Source of the DNA: Coniocarpon cinnabarinum
Lineage: Eukaryota
Length of the DNA: 64,000 nt
Direction: 5' to 3'
Assembly (NCBI GenBank): GCA_051942205.1
Contig: JAVECO010000071.1
Span: 1-64,000, forward strand
The translations under genes were made by a program, and so were the position numbers. The notes under the pieces are model-generated. The model was not told where the DNA came from. It saw nothing but the letters and a program-made list of their open reading frames with translations, and searched no databases. Shown here piece by piece: positions 49,520 through 59,394 of this stretch (within the stretch, counting starts at the first letter, position 1; every line of letters begins with the position of its first letter).

Positions 49520-50845
49520 ATGGCCTTCAAATGGTTCCGTCGCAAAAGCTCTCACCCAGCACAAGTTCCCGTCTCTACTAAAGACGACAACGCCGCCGTC
49601 GAAACCGCCTCTCAAACGCCTCTCCCCGCCGAAACGCCAGCCGATAAACCAGCAGCGCCCACAGACGCCGTTGACGAATCTCCACTTGCCACAGATCAAG
49701 ATGAACAACCCCCTGCCCGCGACCGTGAACAATCCGTCATCTCCAACGACGACGAGCAAATCCTCGCCCACATCGTGTCCACAGCCGAAGACCCCATCCT
49801 CCCACCCTTCGACGTCGACGGTTCCGACGATGAAGGCGCAAGGCCATCCCTCGCTGAGGCTGCAGCCGCCGAAGTCGCCAAGAAAACGCCCCTCCCCTCC
49901 TCGCCGCCACCCGACATCCACCGCAAGAAATCAAACCGCTATTCCTGGGCTGCAGCTACGGACACACTCTCCCGCACGTTCACCTTCCGACGAAAGTCGT
50001 CTCAACAGGGCGCCGCGGCCGCTCCGGCGAAGCCTCTGGACGGCAAAGCCGTGCAAGGACCGCCGACTGAAGAAGAAGCCAAGAAAGAGAAGAAAGACCT
50101 CGCGAACGTGCTCCAGAAACTGAAACTGGATTCAGATTCGCTGCAGACTCGTGCTCTCTCATTGTCTGAAGACAGTCGCAAGATGCTGAACCAGTTCATT
50201 CAGATCCTCAAGGATATTGTGTCGGGCGCTCCACACGCCTACGACGACCTCGACCGCTTCCTCAAGACGCGCGAGAAGCAAATCGAGGGACTGTACGACT
50301 CATTACCTCCTTTTCTGCAGAAACTGGTCCAGGCCCTTCCAACAAAGGCATGGCAATATCTCGGTCCGCAGGTCGCAGCCGGTGTAGCTGCCGCCACATC
50401 CAACGACAAGACGCGCGCGCAAGCTGAGCAGAATCGTCAAAAACGCTCGAATCGCTATGTCCCTAATCTAAAGAGCCTACTAGCCAACCAAGGCGCCGTG
50501 GCGGCGATGCTCCGCAGCATTTTGGAATTCTTGGAAGCGCGGTTCCCCGTCGCGTTAGCGGGCACGAATGTGCTGCTAAGTTTGGCGGTGTTTTTGCTGT
50601 TGTTCGTGTTTTGGTATTGTTATCGGAGGGGTAAAGAGGAGAGGTTGGTGATTGAAGACGAGGAGAAGACGAGGGGACGGAGTCGGGAGAGGAGTGTGGA
50701 CGGGAAGAGAGATGGTGATGGCGACGCGGTGGGAGGCGGTAAGGTGGACGGGGCTAAGGAGGGAGCGGAGGAGACGCAGGATGGAGACGGGCAGACGATG
50801 GAAAGTGCGGGGATGACGACTGGCAAAGAGGGTGTTGAGAAGTGA
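49520..50845 (+). CDS. Conserved-looking fungal hypothetical protein with one C-terminal TM helix
   Basis: Intronless 441 aa; FIQILKDIVSGAPHAYDDL, YDSLPPFLQKLVQALP, MLRSILEFLEARFP, GTNVLLSLAVFLLLFVFWYCYRRGKEERL. Confidence 0.8.
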   Translation: MAFKWFRRKSSHPAQVPVSTKDDNAAVETASQTPLPAETPADKPAAPTDAVDESPLATDQDEQPPARDREQSVISNDDEQILAHIVSTAEDPILPPFDVDGSDDEGARPSLAEAAAAEVAKKTPLPSSPPPDIHRKKSNRYSWAAATDTLSRTFTFRRKSSQQGAAAAPAKPLDGKAVQGPPTEEEAKKEKKDLANVLQKLKLDSDSLQTRALSLSEDSRKMLNQFIQILKDIVSGAPHAYDDLDRFLKTREKQIEGLYDSLPPFLQKLVQALPTKAWQYLGPQVAAGVAAATSNDKTRAQAEQNRQKRSNRYVPNLKSLLANQGAVAAMLRSILEFLEARFPVALAGTNVLLSLAVFLLLFVFWYCYRRGKEERLVIEDEEKTRGRSRERSVDGKRDGDGDAVGGGKVDGAKEGAEETQDGDGQTMESAGMTTGKEGVEK

Positions 50846-50993
50846 GTTAGGGGAATATGACTTCACGACGAACGACGTGACGGAATGATTCAGGATTATG
50901 TGCACGATGAGTTCTCGTTCGCTTGTGTATACTTTTTCGACTCATAATTGCTTCAATCATAGGATAGACTAGCAAGCAATACTGAAGGTCACG

Positions 50994-51905
50994 TTATCGC
51001 TTCGACAACTCGACGGCGTTCCATTTGTCGTCGCCCAATTGCGGCGTACGGCCTTCAACAAGCTCAGCCGGGTCCATTGCAGCCTGAAGCGCTCCTGTAA
51101 GACGACCTCTCCCCTCATCAGCAGTCTCGTCACCAACCCTTAGCAACCTCTCCCATCGATTTCCATCAAACCACCACCTCTCTGCCTCAAAAGCACCATC
51201 CGCCCCTCTGAAAACACCCTGACACCACCATCCCACCCTCACAACCATTCCTCTCACGTCATCCCCACCAGGATCTTGCAACCTCAGCGTCACCACCTCC
51301 ACTTCCCTAAGCTCATCCTCTTCCGGCTCCAGCAAACTCACCGCATCATCCCTCCCCGGAAAAGCGTCGACGCCGTCTCTAGTCAGTATGACAGGTACAG
51401 GCAGCCATCCTTCTTCATACCCAGCAAGCAACCCGCTTGCATCCAATCCTTCGCCCGTCTCACTTTCCCAAACCGTCCGTCCACCTAACGCATCTGGATC
51501 CGTGACCTCTTCCCGCAAGAACCCTTCGTCGTTTACATCTTCGCCGTTAGTCGTTCGACTGTCGACAAAGTGAAGCCATTTACAATGCCGACGCCCGTCT
51601 TGCTGCGGCTCTCCAAGTTGCGTCGTGCCAGCGAATGCCCAATCGAGCGATGACGTCGGCAGAACGTTAGGGACAGGCGTGATGAGTGAGCTGTGCACAG
51701 GTGGAACGGGGAAGTCAGAGGTGGAAAGGGCAGTGGGCAGTTTGACGCGGATGTCGACGAAATGGCCGAGAGGGGTGGTTAGAACTAATGTGCTGGTTGG
51801 TTCGGTCTTGTGAGTTTCGGTGGTGTGCCAGCGGATGTAGCGTCTTGTGGTTGCGGTGGGTTTGTTGGGGGGCTGCTTTGAGGAGTGCTTGTGGTGGTGT
51901 CCCAT
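50994..51905 (-). CDS. HRI1: Hri1 family protein
   Basis: RRYIRW...EPTSTLVLTTPLGHFVDIRV, LDWAFAG, HCKWLHFVDSR...DEG, YEEGW, GMVVRVGWWCQGV...ERW. Confidence 0.85.
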   Translation of the reverse strand: MGHHHKHSSKQPPNKPTATTRRYIRWHTTETHKTEPTSTLVLTTPLGHFVDIRVKLPTALSTSDFPVPPVHSSLITPVPNVLPTSSLDWAFAGTTQLGEPQQDGRRHCKWLHFVDSRTTNGEDVNDEGFLREEVTDPDALGGRTVWESETGEGLDASGLLAGYEEGWLPVPVILTRDGVDAFPGRDDAVSLLEPEEDELREVEVVTLRLQDPGGDDVRGMVVRVGWWCQGVFRGADGAFEAERWWFDGNRWERLLRVGDETADEGRGRLTGALQAAMDPAELVEGRTPQLGDDKWNAVELSKR

Positions 51906-53132
51906 TTGCGCGATGAACTGAATAGACGTCTTTATTACTGTTTGAACGCAATTCTATCTCACAGCCTACTTCAAACTTTGATATTTGGGGAATGTTTCTT
52001 GCAGAAGTATCATTTCAGGGTAGCTAAAAGTATTTCAAGTCATGTTTCTGCTGGAAGGGGGAGTTGTTTACTAGCAGCTGATCATGGACTCTTTAGGCAG
52101 CTTCTACGGACGTCTGTAACTTAGCTGTGGGTTAGAATTCGAGCTGTTGATAGCACTGTGGGGTTTAGAAGCACGTGTCTCGAGCTTTGCACCACGTTAG
52201 CTACATGAACGGTGGTATCGTCACTACATGCATCAGCCCCGAGATACCTATTGTCAAGACACCATTTGGACCCATGTTCGGCGTATTGAGTATCAAATAC
52301 CCGCGACCACACCGATCATTGTCCATTCATCCATGCATCCATCACGTGCTTACTTCCACAAAGTCACGTCTTGTGACTGAAACGTACGCAAATGGTAGCG
52401 CAAATAGTACATGCGCAGTACGTACAGATCATGTAGTCCTCGTATTCAGGTGCAGAAGCAGTATCACGTGCATCCAATGAGACCATTAAGATGAGTAGCT
52501 TAGACTGCAAACGGTGTGAACGGGTTCTTCTCTCCTTCCGGCGAAGACATCTCGTAAACCACCTCAGCTCTACACCGTTGCAAACATGATACGAGCACCA
52601 CAGAGTATTGATCAGCCTTGTTACATCGAACACGGCAGAGCATCTCAAATGTACGGTCTTACAGCTTACACCATGCTGAAAGCGCAAGTCAAAGTGTCCG
52701 AAATGCTCGAGTGCGAATCATCTTACGTAGATGCTAATTTACGAGAATTGGAGGTCGCTGTCAGACCAATCACACAGCTGTGCTTTGGCTGCTGACTGCA
52801 GGAGTGATTAGATAGCATGCAGGCACAGATGCATTTTGCCCCTTTGAGAGGCTCAGCGCGGAATCGTCTTCGAGAGGGTGGCAGCAATGTTTTTCTCAGA
52901 TTATTAAGAATGCCTTAAGATGTGAGCCACCTCGCCTAACGTCAAGGAGGGGTGCTTTTCAGCTCCTGTTTCAGAGGCGTCATGGCGACGATCGCGCTAA
53001 AAAGCTTGCAAACGTTCAAGAGCTGTGCTGACGCGAGAGATGTTTGAAAGGCTTGAGCTAGCCTCGGAGGTAGAAATATTCCGTATCGTACAAAATTTGA
53101 CAGTATCGCTTGGAAGAAACGCCATAGTCCCA

Positions 53133-55057
53133 CTACAATGGGCGTTCCAACGACGTATGTCGCTCGAGCTCCTCACTGTGGCGCTCACTGCTTCGACCAG
53201 TTGGAGGTGCACTGTCCTGACTTGAGATGCGCGCGTGTGATTGACCAGAGTGTCGTGCTCCACCAAGTTTCTCGCTCAAGGCAATCGGCGCATCGCTGCC
53301 TGGCAACTCATACCGCACAGAAGAATCGGCTTCCCATGTAGCTTCACTGCTTGGCAGTTCTTTCGCAACCTCCGCTCCATAGATCTCTTGGGATCCGTAG
53401 TATCCAGGCTTGTCACCATAAGCTGTGCCGTACTTGCCAGGCACCATCATTTCGTTGGGCACGGTCGTGTCAGCTTCAGCGTAGTGGCGTCCAGGATGTC
53501 GCACGGGAGGCAGTGCGATGCCGGATTTGCGGTCAACATTGTAGTACTCATCAGAGTCTTCTCCACTAGTGGGACGCGTTGCTATCCGACTTGCATCAGC
53601 CTGTCGCTTCATTTGATTGTATCTCCGGATAAAGTAGACCAGTGCTGCAAGAATTGCTATCAGGGTGACAATGCCGACGACAATACCTGCTATTGCGCCA
53701 GCACCAAGTGATGAGCCATCGGAGCCCTGAGGCTCATAGCCTGAAGGATAGATGGTTTCTAGATTGCTTTGAGGGTACTGGGTAAAGTTGACACTGGAAA
53801 GAGAGAAGTTTCTGTGCTCGTAATCGGTGATAAGGTAGGCTTCTTGCAGGAAAGCCCGCCCCAAAGTATACTGAGTGTCGTTTGCTGCTCGCTTCAATGG
53901 GTAATATCGTGCCGTGCTCAAGTATGGTGGAATGGATGAATTGATGAAGGGATAGGAAATGTTCAGATCGAAAGCCGCGTATGGCAATTCAATGTCAACA
54001 GTCTGCCCGCCAGACTGCTGCGATCCGACGGTGAACGTGACACTTGGCTGTGATTGGATAAGGCTGTCATGTAAAGTGTCATTGACGAGATAAAGCTCCC
54101 AATCCGGGTTCCAAACCAGCCCAAATGCTTTTTCAAAGGCGCGGCAAGCATCGATTGGCAAATATATCCAGGATATTGTGGAGTCCACAAAGGAGTAAAT
54201 TGAGCCGCCAGGGAGTAGTGAGTCGGTGCTTGAATTTGTTTTGATGTCCTGTATGCTTGCAACCAAGTCACGACTCGTGTCAGCGCCCAGTGGAATGGAG
54301 ACTTCGTTTTGGATGAAATGGCCTGTGTCGTAGCCGCCAAGCGTAAGAGATCCAAGAGCATGATTGTTGCCTTTAATGGGTCAGCCAGTCTGCTGCGGTT
54401 CACTTCACAGCAATAACACTCACGATAGTATGCGCCCGCGGTGTATCCATACGATATGCTTGGTATCTTATTGGTAGTCTTCAGAGTCTGTATTAGGCTT
54501 GGCTGAGGCGAAACAAAATCGGTAAAATTTATGGGTTGAGGATTGAGGCCCAAGACGCCCACCCAATATCTTGGATCAGCATTGTCCGCAATGACTTGGT
54601 GCTCCGCCGTGGGTCCGCCAGATCCTGCCATTCCAATCACGATATCATCATAGCCATAAGTGGGCGCGGAGTCCATGCCGAGATTAGCTTCCACACCAAG
54701 CGTGTAGACATTGTTAGGAGTCCATGTTAAAGAAGCGTTCGCTTCAAAGAGTCTTCCCCGTGAATCGGCACAAGAAGGATGGCCAGTGGCTGGAGGCACA
54801 GGAATACCATCGGGGCAGGCAGTGTCTGATTGAGATACCCATACGTTGGGAGAAGCGGTGGAAGGCAGCAGAAGCGCGTCCTGGAATGGGTGGCCTATTC
54901 GCAGCGGAAATGTTGACCATAATCCATCGTTACCATTGAAGTTTTGGGTAGGAGGAATCGAGACCGGTTGCGGGAGCGCTGAGGATGTGGCATTACTGGA
55001 GCCTCGCTTTCGCTTTCCAAGAACATTTACATGTTGAACCGGCATAAAGCGAGACAT
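53133..55057 (-). CDS. A1 aspartic-protease-like type I membrane protein (probably catalytically inactive)
   Basis: FNGNDGLWSTFPLRIGHPFQ, LPSTAS, SRGRLF, GVLGL, IPSISYGYTAGAYYR|...SLTLGGYD, VDSTISWIYLP, YTLGRAFLQEAYLITDYE; TM helix GAIAGIVVGIVTLIAILAALVYFI. Intron 54423-54371; start uncertain. Confidence 0.87.
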
Positions 55058-56120
55058 TGGCTTGAACAAAATCCAGCAGCTTGCAGCGCTCGGCGCAAAC
55101 AACCTGAATATAGGGTAGAAAGCCTTGATGGTTCTGCTTCCCTTGATTGCTACAGCTGTAAGAGGGCACAAGTCAATGAGGTCAATCAGCAGAGAAGCAG
55201 CGCATGCAAAGCCAGTTTACTTTGCGAGACACAGCGGAACCTGCTGCGATCTTGCAGTATCTGGAGGGCGAGCAGACAGAGGAGAAAAGAAGGAAATTGG
55301 CAGGGAAGACATGACTGCCGTAGTCCATGTAGCGAGTCGGTGGAGCAGCCGGAACATTTGAGACAATAATCACTGAGACCGACGCCGAAGAGTCAAGACT
55401 ACGGCGGATCCCGCGCCCAGCTGGGACGAAGGGCAAGCAGATCACGGTGTGCCGTCGCGGAAAGCTCCAGCAGGGCCAAGTGAAGCAGTGGAGAGGAAGG
55501 AGTTGGAGGGATGAGCGCGAGGCGAGAACACGAGGCGTTGAGAACGAGACTGGAAAGAGTTTAGGGCCACCATTCCGGCGGCACACTTGTCCGCCAATAG
55601 CAAGGGGCCAAGCCGCCGCCAATGCAAGGGCAAGTCAGGTTTCCTCGATTAATATCGAAAGATATCACTCGGTCCTGACTTCAGCTCGCTTGGCATCCTC
55701 CTCTCACTGGCCAGCAACTTTATTGTTTCTATTTCCTCTCTGCTCGTATATCGTCAGCGCCAAAATCATCTCAGCGTTGCATCCATGCCATATTCAACGT
55801 CCATCCCCAACGCTCTCGCGGCGCTGCACCGCCTGTCGGCTTTCGCTCGCCCTTGCGTCGTAGTACTCGAGCTATAGCACCGCGCCGTCTCTGCCTGCTC
55901 AGCCTCACTGCCAGTGCAATGTGCGTCACGAACGTCCGTCTTTCAAAAGCTGCTCTCCTACACTGCTCGTGTTCTTGCCGTATTGTAAAAGCCATCTCTA
56001 ACTTTTTTGATCTTTTTCTTCTGCTTGGCGTTCCATGGTGAGCAGTGGTCTAGTCCCATCGAGAGTTCCTACCGCATCCGCCAGTTTCTTACCTCCTCGT
56101 ATAATTACAATTCGAATAGG

Positions 56121-57879
56121 ATGCACTCCAAAGTGGTCTTCTTCTCATTCGTTTCGTGTACGTATAATACATATCGAATCGAAGACAAGGCCGCCAAAGC
56201 AATGTCATGCTGACAAGCCTATAGACTCTTACGCAATCGCACAGTATAGCACAGGGCCAGCATCCAATGCATCTTCCCCTTCTAGCAATAATGACCACTT
56301 CACGCCTACGGCACCGACGGACGCCAGTTCTACCACTGGTCCGATAACGTTGTCCACAGCTCTTACTCCAATACACGGTGCTGTGCAGCCTACCCTAACG
56401 CCAAGCCGTGCAAGCACCAGTCCTTCTTCAGCACCAGCACCAGCAGCGCCAGGAGCCCTGGCTCCGACGGATAGCTCAACCCGGCCTACTATTGTTGATA
56501 GTGATACGCCCGTCTCTGTCGGATCGTCGCTTACTGCATTGTCATCTATCAGCCATGCAAGCAAACCCTTGGTGCCCTCTAATATCCCAACAGCCCCTCT
56601 GGCCCCGTCTATCCCCAACATTGCGACTGCGGTGTCACCTATCGACCATGCTAGCAAACCCACGATTGCGCCTGGGACGGATTTGCCACTTGAACCGCCA
56701 GCAAATCCGCCGGCACACTCTACCACTGTTCCGATCAGCACTTACTTACCAGTGACTTATGCATCCACTGCAGTATCCCGTTCTGAACGTCCAGTCATCC
56801 CTACACTGTCTCCTTTGCCAACACTATCGACTGCTCAGGCGACGGCACTCTCTCATGTGACCCAAAGCGGTCTGCCAAAATTCACGGCACTGTCACCTGT
56901 TCCCCAACCAACTGGCGTGAATCTACCAGACAGCTCTGGCGGTGGTGATGCGAACTCATCAGGCGGAGCAAGCCAGAATGGAGCATTCTCAAACGAATCC
57001 GGTTCTGACTCTAATGATGTAGGAGCTTCGGAGGGTGGCAATGGAGCGCTGTCCGGCGACTACAGTGCGTCTAGCAACAACGGAGGATCGGGCCCTGGTG
57101 GAGCAGGTGCTCTAAGTGCTCCAGGCTCTTCAGGCTCTCCAGGCTCTCCAGGCGCTTCAGGCGCAGGTTCAGGCCCTGGATCGCAAGCAGTCAATGTGCA
57201 AGCCAACAGTAACTCTGGCGCAGGATCGCCAGATGATGGCACAAGCAGCGGACCTGTAGTCACCATCGGCGGAAGCATGGTGCCAGTGAGCTCGTCTGGC
57301 GGGATCATTTATCTTGGGACCCAGGTCGTCACCCCTGGTGGTGCAGCTGCTACGGTTAATGGTGAAGCGGTTGGTGCGCCCACGGGCGGTGGCTTGGTCA
57401 TTGGAGGTTACGAAAGCATCGATCTCCCGACAGCAGTACCAACTCCAGCCCCACCTGTTCCTGCATCAGCTTCAATCGACTTGGGCTCTGGACAGTCATT
57501 GATGGCTTCAGAGGGATCAAACGGTGCTGTCATCGTCGATGGCACGACACTTAGCGAGGGCGGTCCTGCGGTTACGGTCAATGGCCACGCTGTCAGTGCA
57601 GGGCCGAACGGAGCGATAGCAATTGCGACAGGCAATGGCGGGTCTGTGACAACCACGATCGGTGTCACGTCAATGACCGCGCCGTCGACGGGAACAAGCT
57701 CTTCACCGGCTAGCAGTGGGCAGCCAACTACAGTGTCGACACGCCTGCGCTCCGAAGACGCAACAAGTCAGACAGCTACAAACACAGCACTAGCAACGGG
57801 AATGGCTCAACTTAGGGTAATTCCAAAAGCGAATTTGGTAGGAATGGGCATGGGAGCAGTAGCGGTATTCGCACTGTGA
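56121..57879 (+). CDS. Secreted, probably GPI-anchored Ser/Thr/Pro/Gly-rich cell-wall mucin-like protein 1
   Basis: Spliced signal peptide MHSKVVFFSFVS|YSYAIAQ; S/T/P-rich stalk; G..TL..GG.A.TVNG..VS repeats; hydrophobic C-terminus NLVGMGMGAVAVFAL*. Confidence 0.82.
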
Positions 57880-59394
57880 TTCAGAGAAGCATTTATGGCC
57901 ACGATTAATGAATAATAGACTTGCATAGCGCATGCATGGATGAATGGGATATGTAGAACTGATTATACAGTGTACTAACGGGCTGGAAATAGAACTTACT
58001 CAATACAGAAAGCTTCCACGAATTCTTGCGTAACTTGCAGCTCATATAGCCTGATGTCTTACCATCTTCCAACTTTGGTCCTTTCGGGGTCGTGCACTCC
58101 ACCTTCCGCCGGTACTGCAACGCCTAATTCCGAAGCTGGGAGAAACCTTGGTGAACCTTCCACCCTCGCCAACCAGACTTAGATTTTCACAGATCATATA
58201 AGGAGTCTTCAATTGCTCCTGCACTCTCCGTATTTCGTGCTATACAATGGACGTATTTGCACAGTACGCTTCATTGGCAACACTGACGCGATTCTCCCCA
58301 CTCGCATCCAGCCGCAGCCATCGATGGTTTGGCGAACGTACTTCACTTCAGCCTCTCGCCTGGGCTTCAATGCGACAATTGTGAGTACCCTGACAGCAAT
58401 CTCAAACTCAGCAAATCACAATCGAGTTGCAGCAAGTGCTGCAAAAGTCAGCAGATAGCGAGACGTACGCCGCCAAGCAGAGTGAAGTCTTGGGCATCGA
58501 GGTATCGACGGATTAATCAGCACTAACAGATAAATCGCGCTGTCCGTGCGATGCTAGTGTACCGAGTCGCCAGTCCCAATACGGCAAAGCCAAGCCGAGC
58601 CGATCGGGACGGCATTGACCTCAAACGTGCCGACAACTGTTTATCCCTAATTTTAGGAGAGTTCGCCTAACCACCATCCTGCGTGAACGCCTCCGCTCTG
58701 CAACAACAACTTGCACATCCACGCCGCTCGATGTTGTGTCCGCGCGAGCACTGTGACTATACGCAGATCTTACGGTGCAGGACATACACGCATCTTACCT
58801 GCAATCGCTACTCCCTCGACACTATGGGCCTCACAGGCTGTCCCACGCGTAGAAGATGAGACGCTCCGTGTCTGGGGGCCTACTTCCCCTGAGGCCAAAG
58901 GTTCGTTGTCGGCCCTTCCCAGATTCTCCAAACTATGACAGAACCGGCGTGCCCAATACCAATTGACTCACGCGTCTAATCTCCAACCGCACGTGGTCCG
59001 CGTGGTTCATGCACTTCCCCAGCATCTCGCCTGCGGCATCTCGAAGATCTCTCTCACTGACTCTGCTCCAATTTGCTAGCATCGGTCCAGCCATTGCTCG
59101 AGCTTTCCCCATGTACCCCGTACCTCCCCAAAATGCTGCTCTGCCGCACGCGAGCTTTGTTGCTGTACCTTTCGTCCAGCTCGTCGCCGGCGAGCAGCAA
59201 TTCTGCTCATTCGCCTCACGTCAGGAACGAAAGAGCGTCCACTCTCTAGCAGCGTAGTGATAATCTGTCCAGTCTCTCTTTTTGAAATATCTTACGTTCA
59301 TTTATTTACGGACCAACTCGGATCGCTCAGTTGGACCGATCGATGTAACATTGTTTCTTTTTCCTAGCTTTGCGCCATATCTAATCCTACAGCC

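Noticed and set aside
59310..59360. GCTCAGTTGG resembling a tRNA D-arm / A-box
   Set aside because: No T-loop (GTTCRA) or acceptor stem follows.
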